DNA of 63,333 bases, filler included, from Octopus bimaculoides (GCF_001194135.2; 5 parts of 5 records of this genome joined end to end with filler, not necessarily neighbours in it); one strand, 5' to 3'. Counted from the first letter of the whole stretch, positions 13,761 to 26,900 are shown. Notes: generated by a model not told the origin, from the sequence alone. Program-made: numbers and translations.

Positions 13761-14381
13761 ATATATATATNNNNNNNNNNNNNNNNNNNNNNNNNNNNNN
13801 NNNNNNNNNNNNNNNNNNNNNNNNNNNNNNNNNNNNNNNNNNNNNNNNNNNNNNNNNNNNNNNNNNNNNNNNNNNNNNNNNNNNNNNNNNNNNNNNNNNN
13901 NNNNNNNNNNNNNNNNNNNNNNNNNNNNNNNNNNNNNNNNNNNNNNNNNNNNNNNNNNNNNNNNNNNNNNNNNNNNNNNNNNNNNNNNNNNNNNNNNNNN
14001 NNNNNNNNNNNNNNNNNNNNNNNNNNNNNNNNNNNNNNNNNNNNNNNNNNNNNNNNNNNNNNNNNNNNNNNNNNNNNNNNNNNNNNNNNNNNNNNNNNNN
14101 NNNNNNNNNNNNNNNNNNNNNNNNNNNNNNNNNNNNNNNNNNNNNNNNNNNNNNNNNNNNNNNNNNNNNNNNNNNNNNNNNNNNNNNNNNNNNNNNNNNN
14201 NNNNNNNNNNNNNNNNNNNNNNNNNNNNNNNNNNNNNNNNNNNNNNNNNNNNNNNNNNNNNNNNNNNNNNNNNNNNNNNNNNNNNNNNNNNNNNNNNNNN
14301 NNNNNNNNNNNNNNNNNNNNNNNNNNNNNNNNNNNNNNNNNNNNNNNNNNNNNNNNNNNNNNNNNNNNNNNNNNNNNNNNN

Positions 14382-14664
14382 NTCTTCAATCGTTATCAAA
14401 TCTTCGTACTTTATCAGGACATTTTTGTTTGTCGACAGCTGGCGGGTTCCACCTCCAACCGCCGACGCAAAACTTCTTTTTTGTTTATTTTCTTGTTTGA
14501 AAGCTTTTCACGTCAATATTCCTCTTTGCAACAGTACACATTGATGGTTGGGGAAATTCACTTCCAGAAAAATCCGAAATATCGCCAAATATTAAACTTT
14601 CAATCTTTTTTGCCCCCCTGTCGGTAAACGACACTTCGCCAGACAAAGTTACACTTTTCGGCAT
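14382..14664 (-). pseudogene. Possible LINE ORF1-like 5' fragment with one frameshift
   Basis: ATG at 14664 gives MPKSVTLSGEV...DFSGSEFPQP; after a 1-nt shift in an A-run it reads KRSFASAVGGG...YEDLITIE, into the gap. Only weak ORF1-like motifs. Confidence 0.25.
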
Positions 14665-14854
14665 CTTGCCAGCAATTAATGTTTCCCCCACAGGGAAAAA
14701 CACGATAGTTTTCGAACGAAGACTATCACACAAATATTTATAACAGGAACAATAATTGTAACAGGAAATAACACAAAGACAGTCAATAGAAACTTGCACC
14801 TACTACTATACAGACGCTCTCCAATAATAATAACCAATAAATCCAAACTCACAC

Positions 14855-15131
14855 AGACGAAATACCGCTAAGCATTTCGATCGGCGTGCTAGCGTTTCTT
14901 ATTTGTTTATTGCCCACAAGGGGCTAAACATAGAGTGGCAAACAAGGACAGACAAAGGGATTAAGTCGATTACATCGACCCCAGTGCGTAACTGGTACTT
15001 AATTTATCGACCCCGAAAGGATGAAAGGCAAAGTCGACCTCGACGGAATTTGAACTCAGAACGTAACGGCAGACGAAATATCGCTAAGCATTTCGCTCGG
15101 CGTGCTAACGTTTCTGTCAGCTAGCCACCTT
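14855..15131 (-). mobile_element. SINE family A, young full copy plus adjacent head fragment of a second copy
   Basis: 14899-15131 is near-identical to 50830-51065; 14855-14898 repeats the head (GACGAAATACCGCTAAGCATTTCG). Confidence 0.9.
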
Positions 15132-15189
15132 GATATATTGGAAAATGACGTATATGCTTTACTTCTTTATTCATTGTTTGGACTCGGTC

Positions 15190-15600
15190 ATCGGTTCTTG
15201 AACATGCTGGATTGTATGATGCTTGTGTACAAAGTTCAGCATTGCATGATCATTGAAGATGGACACTAAATGCAGGATATGTGTGAAGGCTAGAAAGAAA
15301 TAAGGTGGTCATGCTCTGCAAGATGTGTAATGTTAGTATGTATGAAGACTGAATAATTGAAAGAACTGAAAGAAAAAAAAAACTGGTTGCAAGAGGGGTA
15401 TCAGATGTAGTGTGCAAGAGAGATGATTGTACTGATGCAGAGATGGGATGCTTTTGTAGAATAGCAACTCAATTAAGAAATTCAGTCAAAATTCACATGG
15501 GAGGGTCCATTGGAAGAGGAAGACTGAAGAAGACATGAAGGAAAACTGGTGAAATCTGATCTAAAGAGGCTGAACATTTAGGAGGTGATAAATTCGAATA
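15190..15600 (+). mobile_element. Degenerate RTE-like LINE 3' region
   Basis: Broken frames recall the RT tail: GLYDACVQS..., RLERN..MLCKMCNVSM, IRCSVQER, and a G(R)PKKTW...VKSDLKRLN-like end. Confidence 0.5.
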
Positions 15601-15795
15601 AAAAAAAGTCTTCAGTCTGAAACTACCGTAGAAAAATATGAAAAATGTAGCTCGGATTGTTATCGGACGGGAAATCATGAGTTTTGCATTGAAGTTCCTA
15701 AGTAGACGCCATTACTTGTGCCTACACGTAAAGAGGTTTACTAATTCAGAATAAATATTAGGAGCGATTGAGTGGTTAAGAAGCTTGTTTTGCAG

Positions 15796-15816
15796 TTATG
15801 TGCTTCCGGTACCTCG
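15796..15816 (+). other. Candidate microexon (21 nt)
   Basis: Acceptor cttgttttgcAG, donor TCG|gtaagc. Confidence 0.25.
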
Positions 15817-16011
15817 GTAAGCATCTTCTTATGTCTTCTACTATTGTCCTGCATCGACGCATGTCTTGTGAGTGAATTTGGTTGATGGAAAGTTTGTGGA
15901 AGCTTGTTGTATATATGTATATATGAATGTTTGTGTTTATTTCCTCCACCGCCGGACAACTAGTGCTGGCTTGTTTACATCCACGTAAGATATCAGTACG
16001 GTAAGTACCAG

Positions 16012-16049
<38 letters not shown>

Positions 16050-16241
16050 TGTTCCTTCTCGAGCCATGCTTGGCTCATAAGGGTCGGTTTCCCGGTTTCT
16101 TTGACGTATAGGGTTCCCAACCCGGGCGGGACGCGTGGAGCTTAGGTGTTTCACTCATAAACACACACATCGCCCGGTCTGAGATTCGAACCCACGATCC
16201 CTCGACCACGAGTCCGCTGCTCTAACCACTAGGCCATGTGC

Positions 16242-16245
<4 letters not shown>
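16050..16245 (-). mobile_element. tRNA-headed SINE, tail type 4, internally deleted
   Basis: Minus head GGCCTAGTGGTTAGAGCAGCGG..GGGTTCGAATC; tail GGTTTCCCGGTTTC shared with 20395 and 44495. Confidence 0.7.
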
Positions 16246-16287
<42 letters not shown>

Positions 16288-16476
16288 ATATATGAATAAT
16301 TCATTTCTGTGTGAGTTAGAGTTTGAGAAACCAACTAAGGGATAGTACCTAGCCAATATACTGCTGGTAGTGTACCCAATTATTCATAGCCAAGTGCTAG
16401 TTATTGCATGGTAATTTCGCAATTGAGTACTATATATGGGCAGGGGGTAAAATGTGGTTTACCCTTGATTCATACG

Positions 16477-17024
16477 GCAAATAAGAAAACGGAGAGGATA
16501 TAAAATCAACAGACGTCAGCCGGTAAACATTCCAGTAGGTCTATTTATTCAAATGTATTGGCTGAATACACACACATGTATGAGTGGTACAGATTAGCGA
16601 GTGGAAAAAGCATATTCGTACTCTACTCTATTTAAAAGGAGAAACATACCTTTGCTATTCTTAACTGACTTTTATATGTGTTAACTCCCACAACCACTTT
16701 GACCATCTGAAAAAGATTAGGTGCACATCAACTATCCAAGCCTTGTCTGCTCATCCCTGCATAACACTGAAGAGATGGCCGTAAGGGACCAGTACCTGCG
16801 CACCCATTTAGTTTTTTGCCAATTTGCTCATTTGCTCATTTGATTCTAGATGCTTATATGTATTCACACCCTTGTTTATGCAGTTACCAGCTTTTTCCAC
16901 TCGTTAATCTGTACCACTCATAAATGTGTGTGTATTCATCTAATACATTTAAATAAATAGACATATTAGAATGTTTACCGGCTGATGTCTGTCGATTTTA
17001 TATCCTCTCCGTTTTCTTATTTGC
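16477..17024. mobile_element. Foldback/MITE with ~135-bp inverted arms
   Basis: 16477-16611 is the reverse complement of 16890-17024 (roughly 90% by eye); 278-bp spacer; TA near both outer ends. Confidence 0.8.
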
Positions 17025-17035
17025 TATATACATAA

Positions 17036-17069
<34 letters not shown>

Positions 17070-19814
17070 ANNNNNNNNNNNNNNNNNNNNNNNNNNNNNN
17101 NNNNNNNNNNNNNNNNNNNNNNNNNNNNNNNNNNNNNNNNNNNNNNNNNNNNNNNNNNNNNNNNNNNNNNNNNNNNNNNNNNNNNNNNNNNNNNNNNNNN
17201 NNNNNNNNNNNNNNNNNNNNNNNNNNNNNNNNNNNNNNNNNNNNNNNNNNNNNNNNNNNNNNNNNNNNNNNNNNNNNNNNNNNNNNNNNNNNNNNNNNNN
17301 NNNNNNNNNNNNNNNNNNNNNNNNNNNNNNNNNNNNNNNNNNNNNNNNNNNNNNNNNNNNNNNNNNNNNNNNNNNNNNNNNNNNNNNNNNNNNNNNNNNN
17401 NNNNNNNNNNNNNNNNNNNNNNNNNNNNNNNNNNNNNNNNNNNNNNNNNNNNNNNNNNNNNNNNNNNNNNNNNNNNNNNNNNNNNNNNNNNNNNNNNNNN
17501 NNNNNNNNNNNNNNNNNNNNNNNNNNNNNNNNNNNNNNNNNNNNNNNNNNNNNNNNNNNNNNNNNNNNNNNNNNNNNNNNNNNNNNNNNNNNNNNNNNNN
17601 NNNNNNNNNNNNNNNNNNNNNNNNNNNNNTGTATATATGGGTTCGATGTATTCGAATAAACCCTTCAATATGTTGCCCCAGTATGACTGCAGTCCGATAA
17701 CGGATACAAGTACATGCGACAATATTCCTCAATGATTTATCTCCCTTGGATTGATGCATCACGTCATTCATCACATTACTTCCACACAAAACATGCACAG
17801 CTTCCATCAAAATATATTTAAAAAAATTAAGCGATTTTATTATTAAAGTTTTTGTACAAAAGAAACTTGGATATTGAAAAAATATCAAAACAAGCGCAGG
17901 TATATCTATCGGGGAAATATAATAATGGAAAGGAATAAAAATTAAGTAAAAAAGAATATACGAAAATGTAAAACAATTTTATATTACTTTTCTTTCTTCT
18001 TATAAGATCAAGGAGAAAGACCAGAAGCATTAACAGTGGGAATTATGTTGATTCATTGAGTCAAGTAATCAATTTATTTATTAGAATAGCTGTTGATGAC
18101 AACCCTATCCTCATGTCATCATTTTATTGTCTGTAACTTAATTTTTACAAATGTTACAGAAACCTGGTTCATATAGATATGTGGCGACAAAGGGAACAAG
18201 TCTTTGAAGGCTTGCTGAATAAAAGAAGTAGGAATGGATCTATGAGTTTCAATCAGAAATAAGCACAAACTGAACGAAAAAAAAAAAAGTCTAGAACTGA
18301 GGACCCTTCGGCTCCTCTTTTGCTGGTTAGTCATTTTTCACTTCTGACAGATCAATGGTAAAGTGTCTCAATATCTATCTTTCTGTAGGTATAATGTATT
18401 CCAGAATGTATTGTTTCAAAATGTTTAAATATGTTGCACGTGAGAACCACTCCGTATGACTCAATAGAATTGACTACTCAGAGCCCATTGTATTGTGAAT
18501 AACTGTGTGTGAACAAGCGGTGATCAATGCTCATTGCACAGATGAAATTAACAGCCTCAATAACTGCCTACAAAACCATTTCAAATTTTCAGGAAGATAT
18601 TTCAGACATAATGCATATCTGTGGAGAAACAATGTGTTATCACATGACATGCTTGTTTTTCATAACTGCAATGGTGTCTAATCTGTAGTAAAGGCTCCAT
18701 TAGTAAAAGTTAAACAAACTATACCACGGAGACCGTTTCTCTCAAAGAAGATTTTTGATTTATGCATTACATCAAGATCCTTCGTGCCTTGATGTAGTTT
18801 CACAGAAGAGAAATTCATATTTCACTTCTTTTCGACTTAATAAAAGCTAGCAATTAGCAACTTCGCAGGAATAATCAATTTGCACAGAATTGTTTGCTCA
18901 GCTCAGCTAAATTACAACAGTTCAATAACTTCTCTCAATTATATCTTGATGGTTGAAGTAATACCCTAATGAATAGTGTCATAAGATGGGTATATGATTT
19001 AAATCTTCTACTTTACTCTTTCCCTCACATACATGTTCCACTTTGCCGTTCACGCAATGCTTAATGAACTTTCGACAATGTCATAAAGTGTTATTTTGTT
19101 TGTGCTATTCATTGTGTTATGTGATAAGAAGCCACAAGCATTAGTTTATCATTAGATATGAATTTTCAAGTTTAATATATTCACCAATATTCAGATATAA
19201 TATATTCACCTTTTGTCATGTGAACTTTTACACTAGGAATAAATTTACTCTTGTTTGTGAGTCACTCACAGAGAAATATTTATATTTACCATTCTTTATC
19301 ATTTATATCTATCGTCCTTTGTACAATCAGTTGAGATCAAACTCCACCAAATCGTTGATTCATCAATTAGCGATGTCCCTGTATTGAGAAAAAACACAAC
19401 TACACAAATATTATACCCTTGAACATACTTAAATATGTAGAATATTCAGCCTAAAGGACAATGCTCCACCAAGGCCTTTTCGATGATGAATAAGGTAAAC
19501 TAAAGAAACCAAAAAAAGGGAACAAAGTTATATTTAGGTATATAGGAAACTTGATGAAAGGTATACAAAACGTGAGCGGGAGTTCTGCCTTCTATTTTTC
19601 AGGGAGAGTGTATGGAGGAACTCATTAACTTGTGCTCCCTTTTATGGCAATACTATGCGATTTCAGAGAGATTTGCTGCCATTTCGGAAATCTCGATGCA
19701 ACCGCTTAGAGGCCCTCTCATCGGTTCTCTTATAATAAAATATATAGCATATCAGAGCGGCCGTCATTTTTTTTTTCTTTTTTGACTCCAATACTAACTT
19801 TCTTCTACTTAAAG

Positions 19815-19849
19815 AAATCTATATTATTGTCGACTGTGCCAGATTATGT
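19815..19849 (+). other. Candidate short exon (35 nt)
   Basis: Long pyrimidine tract, perfect TACTAAC at 19792-19798, acceptor ttaaAG, donor TGT|gtaagt. Confidence 0.4.
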
Positions 19850-19861
19850 GTAAGTATTGAT

Positions 19862-20075
19862 TTCTAACAGATGAACAAAAGCCTCAACTTTGTAGGGAAG
19901 ATGTGGTCGATTATATCGACCCCAGTACTTATTGTATTGACCCCAGAAAGATGAAGGACAAAAATCGATTTCGGCGGGATTTGAACTCAGAAAATAAATG
20001 TCCTGTAACTTTATACCACAAGGCATTTTGTCTGACCTGGAGCCAAACAACAACTACATCTGCAGAAGCATTAAT
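19862..20075 (-). mobile_element. SINE family A, diverged
   Basis: GGTCGATTATATCGACCCCAGTACT and CGGCGGGATTTGAACTCAGAA motifs. Confidence 0.7.
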
Positions 20076-20354
20076 AACCGCGTTTAGATCGGCTCCACTA
20101 AAGAACTAAGTAATATAATAATAAATATACTTCGTTTGCAATTTCAATCAAATAACACTGTTTTGATTGAAATTATAAATTACAGTGCGAGAACAATGTT
20201 CTGCCGCTGAAATTAAAAACATGCTAGTATTTAAACGAGTAGATGAAACTTCGTCGATATCGACGGTGAGCATTCAGTTTTTTCGACCAACTGAAATCCT
20301 ACTCGTGGAAATAACATGTATGCAGCTGAGTATTCCACACACATATGTAAAAAT

Positions 20355-20610
20355 TAAGTAAAGTTCCTTCCCAACTCATAGACTCATAGGACCGGTTTCC
20401 CGGTTTCCGTGGCATATATATCCCCCATCCAGATATGGGACGCCGGTCCGTCTGTCGCAGGATTACTCAATTTTGCTGGCTGAGTGGACTGGAGCAACGT
20501 GAAATGAATTGTTTTGCTCAAGAACACAACGTGTCGCCTGGTCCAGGAATCGAAACCACAATCTTACGATCATGAGCCCAACGCCACAAACCACTAAACT
20601 ACGTGCTTCC
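20355..20610 (-). mobile_element. tRNA/CORE-type SINE, tail type 4
   Basis: Head GGTTTCGATTCCTGGACC, core TTCTTGAGCAAAACAATTCATTTCACGTTGCTCCAGTCCACTCAGC, tail type 4. Confidence 0.75.
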
Positions 20611-21050
20611 ACTCCATTCACGTAAACCATTAATATAATTTTTAAGAAGGATTGATGTGACACAATATGAAAGAACTGGATCTTTCAATTACAAGAAGCA
20701 TCCGAAGAAAACCAACGAAGAATTATCCCAATACTGGATTGGTATTTATGGACAGGGTAAAAGGCATAGATGACTTCAGCTAGGTTTGAACCAAGATTGC
20801 AGAGACCATAAAGAATACAAGATATTCTATCTGATACTATAACGAATTTTTTCTTTTTCTTTTCTTCTCTTTTTTGTTTTGTTTTGATAATCGTATAATG
20901 TTGAACTCGCCGTTGTTTATTTAAAAGATTATTAGCTTGGGAAGTAATTATAAAACTTAGTTGTAGACTATGTTAGTTAGTTATGGGAGCCCTGTATAAT
21001 TAAAAAAAGACTTAAGTGGCTGTAACTGATATTGAATATTTTCTGTACAG

Positions 21051-21096
21051 TTGAAAAATTGTGAAAGCAAAGAAAATTCAAGTTGTTTTCATAAAG
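21051..21096 (+). other. Candidate short exon (46 nt), LKNCESKENSSCFHK
   Basis: CTGAT branch-like motif, acceptor attttctgtacAG, donor AAG|gtaatt; only one open frame (phase 0 to 1). Confidence 0.35.
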
Positions 21097-22395
21097 GTAA
21101 TTAAGTCTGCCGCCCGTGCTACGATGTGTAGTTTCTTTCAAAATTCAGCAAAACTAATTGCAATAAAAATATTTAAAAATCTAATACCTTTTAAGCATTA
21201 TTTTCAGACAAGAAACTAAAATATTTCTCTAAAATATTTTAAATATTACTTGCCCACCTTTCTTCTTACCAAACGGAAAGAAAGAAAGAATCCAGTAATA
21301 CTCACTCGGTGTCTTATTATATTTCTATTTCCTTCATTTTACAATAATTTGTATTTGTGTGAGTTATTAGATGTATCTGAGAAATATTTAATAAGTTCTG
21401 AAAACTTTCGTTACCTCGAAGGGAAAACTTGAAAAGGAATTTTGACAGATAATTTATTCACATCAGCCAGTGATCATTATTGACTTGCAAAATACTCTGT
21501 GTTGCTCAGACAGAAAAATGACTATGCAAGTTGTTTTCATATTGCCTAGAATTGCTTTGAATGAAGATGTATTGTAATAGGAAACATTGTGATAGCACTA
21601 TTTGTAGATATACTATGTTTTTGATTTCACCTGCCATGGCACAATTAGGAAGACTGTTAGATCTAGCTGTACGCAAAGCAAGATTCCTTAAGCTGCGGTC
21701 CAGAAACTATCAAAACTTTCCAACAGGGTTTATTGATTGACATAACGAACCTAAATTTGCATGAGAAATTGAAGTATTCTAAATCGATTGGGAACATGTG
21801 CTGGTGTGTGTAAAATTGTGGGTATATTAATGCAGCTATTAGTTGATTCAGGAATAAGGCTAATTTGCTATTATACGTTGAAAATTAAGAAGTCGAAGAA
21901 AATTCATAGAATTAAACGTGTTTGTAAAGCACGTTGAAATGCAGAAATGATTAGATTAAGTATTTTTATACTAAAATTTAAGTTTTCATGAAAGTACAAT
22001 GAGAAAGCAATGGCTATACCGAGATCGGAGGCAGATAGAAAAGCATTATAAAGAGAGGGGGATTAAATAGATTAGACAGGCGAAAGTTTGATAGTGAGGC
22101 AGAGAAAGAGACAAGAGAAATTGACGGTAGCCACAAACCAAGCGAGGTAGGTAGTCAAGCAAACAGATAAGTGACCGTAGAGATGACTGGCAGAAAGCGT
22201 GATACAAGAAGTGATAGCGTAATAGGTAAGATGAGAAACATCAAAGTTATATATAGCTAGAAATTGAGGAAGCGGGCTGGAGAAATTTGTACACGATAAC
22301 GAGCTCCAGGAAGAAAACGGATCCAAGCTTCAAGCAGAAAATTTAGAATTCCTGAAAGGAAATGGAAAAATACCGTCGTTTTCGATGGGTACTTT

Positions 22396-22453
<58 letters not shown>

Positions 22454-22481
22454 NNNNNNNNNNNNNNNNNNNNNNNNNNNN

Positions 22482-22517
<36 letters not shown>

Positions 22518-23758
22518 AACATCACCACAGGCACACACACAACCGCAAATATATATACATACATAAGTATGTATGCATGCATGTATGTATATTATGGAGA
22601 TAGCGATCGGAATAAAAACACCAATCATATGTTTATTGAACATATATCGTTCTGTTTTCTTGTATTTTTGAATTTGTTAAATTTTCTACCTCACAAATTA
22701 TATCCTTATCTTCCCCTGTATTTATATCTATCTTAAATACCGCTATGTTTTATCTAACCTAAGAAATCGTAGAAATAAGCAAAGCCATATTTAACGTCTA
22801 TTAGTATCAATAAATATGTTCTAAATAGAGTACCGATGAGAGAAACAACAATACGAAACTTAAAGTACAAATTCAGTGCAAAAAAAAAAAAAAGAGTTTA
22901 ATATTCCATATTGTGGAAAGGAAATGTAATACTGCAAAAACAAAACCAAAACAGAAGTCTCATAAATCGGAAAGGAAAATGAAGACATTCTTACACATTC
23001 ACTTTTCCACCACTTCCTCCTTCTTATATTTCTCTGTTTATTTCGCTTCATTCTCTCTCACACTCTCACTCTTTCTCATTCACAGACGTTTGCGCACATA
23101 TTACTCTCTGTGTATTATAAGCGCACTTACAAAAGCAAGTATTCACATTCACTAATGCACTTTCATAGTCAAACACATTGAAGCATCTATACATTCGTTG
23201 AGGCACCTTCACAAGCACACATGCACACGCAATCAATAAACAGACATTACTTCAAAGAGAAAATCAAACAAAAATAGAATAAAAGCTATCTTACAAGAAT
23301 AATGATCTTGCACGAATAAGAAAAAAAGAAAGAAAAAGAAGAAAGAATGCGGGATAAGGTTGGATGTGGGGAGTGTTTCAAGATATAAGAATATTTTCGG
23401 GACACAAAGCTAAGTAAATATAAACACTTAGACATTAATAGGTCTGGTATATGACAAATGGATTTTATTGAAAGATAAATGCTATAGAACATAAAAATAT
23501 CAGACATAAAACTAATTTGGAGAGAAGTATTCTGTGTTACATTACGAAGAGTGAACATTGCTTACAGAAACTTATTCCAATATATCTATGCGTAGTTTCA
23601 CAAAAGAGTTAGTTTAGAAGCTCAGTTGACATTTGCCAGAGGTTGCATAAAACACAATCGTGAAATTATGATAATGATTCCATCTATTTCATATTGACAC
23701 ACTGACATAAATAAATATAAAACTAGCATAATTAGTTAACTAGTTATTTAGACTATAG

Positions 23759-23839
23759 ATCAGAATGAGATAGCAGGAATTTCTCCGAGTCAAGACCGCC
23801 ATTCAAAGTCTCATTACCGGTCAGCGTTTGATGTTGCAG
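23759..23839 (+). other. Candidate exon (81 nt), DQNEIAGISPSQDRHSKSHYRSAFDVA
   Basis: Acceptor gactatAG, donor CAG|gtaata; phase 1 to 1; GC-richer than flanks. Confidence 0.4.
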
Positions 23840-24127
23840 GTAATAGCTTCAACTCATAAATGATCCAGCTTACTTAGCTATAAATATGTATGATAATATC
23901 AGTTATGTTAACATGCCTGCTGCTACAAACAGTGGGAACGTTGTATAGTTAATGACTGCTTCATTTATTGTAGTGATTAGTTCAAAGAATTACCTTGTAC
24001 ATAGAGGGTCTCGGCTCGTTGCATTGCCTTAGATAAAGATAGAATCTTGTGAATTGATGGATTATGAAAGTTCATATTACGTACTAGGTGGTTATTTATG
24101 ATGATAGAATACACATATATGAAATAT

Positions 24128-24750
24128 TGGTTTCCAATTTTAGCACAAGGCCAGCAATTTTAGGAAAGGGATAAGTCGATTAGATCAACTCCAGTGTTCG
24201 ACTAGCACTTATTTTATCGATTCTGAAAGGATGAAAAGCATAGTCGACCCCGGCGGATTTCGAACACAGTACGCAAAGACGGACTAAATGCCGCTAAGCA
24301 TTTTGCCCGGCGTGCTAACAATTCAGCCAGCTCGCCGCCTTAAATATATAAAATACTGGATTCAAATTTCGGCACAAATTTCAGCAGTTTCGACGGAGGG
24401 GGTAAGTCGGTTACATTGACCCCACTGATCAACTGGTTTTTTATTTTATCGACCCCGAGAGGATGAAAGATAAAGTCGACCCCAGTGGAATTTGAAGTCA
24501 GAAAATAAAGACGAACAAAATGCCGCTAATCATTTTGTCCGGCGTGCAAACCATTCTGCCAGCTTGCCGCTTTAAACATATAAAATTTTCCTTTCTACTC
24601 CAGTACGCAACTTGTACTTAATTTATCGACCCCGAAAGGATGAAAGGCAAGGTCGACCTCAGCGGAATTTGAACTCAGAACGTAGCGGCAGGTGAAATAC
24701 CGCTAAGTATTTCGCCCGGCGTGCTAACGTTTCTACCAGCTCGACGCCTT
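24128..24750 (-). mobile_element. Three head-to-tail SINE family A copies
   Basis: Copies at about 24128-24342, 24356-24573 and 24590-24750, each ending in CCAGCT(C/T)G(C/A)CGC(C/T)TTA on the + strand. Confidence 0.9.
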
Positions 24751-25670
24751 ACATATTTATAATATTAAGACCCTGTAGATTAATTTTAGATCTGAGGAAA
24801 AGCGACACAGTGGATGTGATTTGGGAAGTAGGTTTGATATTATCTGATTTTAGAATCCCTATTTCTGAACAAATCCTAAAAGACATGTAGAAGATTTTTA
24901 TTGCAAGAAATAGAAACCTAATATTTAAGANNNNNNNNNNNNNNNNNNNNNNNNNNNNNNNNNNNNNNNNNNNNNNNNNNNNNNNNNNNNNNNNNNNNNN
25001 NNNNNNNNNNNNNNNNNNNNNNNNNNNNNNNNNNNNNNNNNNNNNNNNNNNNNNNNNNNNNNNNNNNNNNNNNNNNNNNNNNNNNNNNNNNNNNNNNNNN
25101 NNNNNNNNNNNNNNNNNNNNNNNNNNNNNNNNNNNNNNNNNNNNNNNNNNNNNNNNNNNNNNNNNNNNNNNNNNNNNNNNNNNNNNNNNNNNNNNNNNNN
25201 NNNNNNNNNNNNNNNNNNNNNNNNNNNNNNNNNNNNNNNNNNNNNNNNNNNNNNNNNNNNNNNNNNNNNNNNNNNNNNNNNNNNNNNNNNNNNNNNNNNN
25301 NNNNNNNNNNNNNNNNNNNNNNNNNNNNNNNNNNNNNNNNNNNNNNNNNNNNNNNNNNNNNNNNNNNNNNNNNNNNNNNNNNNNNNNNNNNNNNNNNNNN
25401 NNNNNNNNNNNNNNNNNNNNNNNNNNNNNNNNNNNNNNNNNNNNNAAAGGTGATTTACGATATTTTGATCGGTATTTTACAACAGAAATTTCATTATAAA
25501 AAACCTTAATGAGATATTTTACACTTGACAGTGACTTCTTGGAAACAATGCAAATTTTAAAGCATTTTCAAAGATTTGTAATGATAGCGCTGAATTATAA
25601 TAGATTGTGTGCGTGCGTGCGTGCGTGCGTATGTGCGTGCGTGCGTGTGTGTGAATGTGTGTGTGTGTGA

Positions 25671-25702
<32 letters not shown>

Positions 25703-26439
25703 CAATGTATCTATCTCTCCCACCACTTGGATACCGGTGTTGGTTTGTTTACTAAGTAATACTAACTTGGCTGGTTGCTGCATGACGCTGTGACTTTTCA
25801 TCCACCCAGACACTTAACACGTTCTCCATATCTCGCGAGATTTTACTGCATGTTAGCGTAGAAGTATTATATCCACTTGAATTTTGCATGGCAACTTCTA
25901 ATTTGTCAGATTTCATCTTTGGTTTCTTTTTATTTTGAGAGTGCAAATTCCGATGATTTTCCATCAATACTTTCCTTTTCTCCTACTTTTACTCTTTTAC
26001 TAATCCTTAATATGATGTTTAATGATACTGCTTACGCATACGTGGCATAATTGGATAACAAGGAGACTGAAATAACTGAGAAATTATTGAGCTTTAATTA
26101 ATTATGAAATCGCTATATAAGAGGTACAATGTGGAAACATTCCACAAAGCAAAAGACAAGGAGTACATGATTGATTGGGTCCTTTTATGCGTCGTAATAA
26201 AGCAAAGAAACGATTCATTATGAGAAGGTTCAAATTTAAGCGAGAAATATCTGGAACGGAATGGCACTGAGATTCGGGTTTTGGCTTTTTATTTACGTGA
26301 TTTTGACAGTTAAATCATTGAAACCTTAAACTGCGTCATAACTAGAAGTCATAGGAAACATAAAACGAATAGTAAATTTATGCGTGTATATATATTTCAT
26401 GCGTGAGTGTGTGTGTGTGTGTTTGTTAGTGTGTGTGTG

Positions 26440-26900
26440 TGTGTGTGTGAACGCGACGAACTGACGGAATTGTTAGCACTTCCGGAAAAATACTTAGCAG
26501 TATTTCATCTGTCTTTAAGTTTTGGAATCAAGTTGCGACGAGGTCGACTTTGCCTCTTCTCTCTTTCGGGTACTCTATAAAATGAGTACCAGTTGAGCAC
26601 CGGGGTCTATGTAATCGACTTACGCCAACCCCGTAGATTGCTGGTTTTGTGCCAATATTTGAGACCAATATATGTATATGGCAGAATCGTTAGCACGCCG
26701 GCCGAAATGCTTAGCGGTATTTCGTTTGCCGTTACGTTCTGAGTTCAAATTCCGCCCAGCTCGACTTCACCTTTTATCCTTTCGGGGTCGATTAATTAAG
26801 TACCAGTTACGCACTGGGGTCGATGTAATCGACTTAATCCCTTTGTCTGTCTTTGTGTGTCCCCTATATGTTTAGCCCCTGTGGGTAATAAAGAAATAAA
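26440..26900 (+). mobile_element. Two tandem SINE family A copies (older, then younger)
   Basis: 26440-26668 is diverged; 26680-26900 is near consensus with tail GTGGGTAATAAAGAAATAA. Confidence 0.85.

Noticed and set aside
18400-19000. Patchwork of 30-59-codon open frames (e.g. DEINSLNNCLQNHFKFSGRYFRHNAYLW)
   Set aside because: No recognisable motif, weak donors, and lengths within the chance range.
22257-22351. Minus-strand terminal-exon candidate GILNFLLEAWIRFLPGARYRVQISPARFLNF*
   Set aside because: Good acceptor, but no partner exons or homology; not supportable alone.
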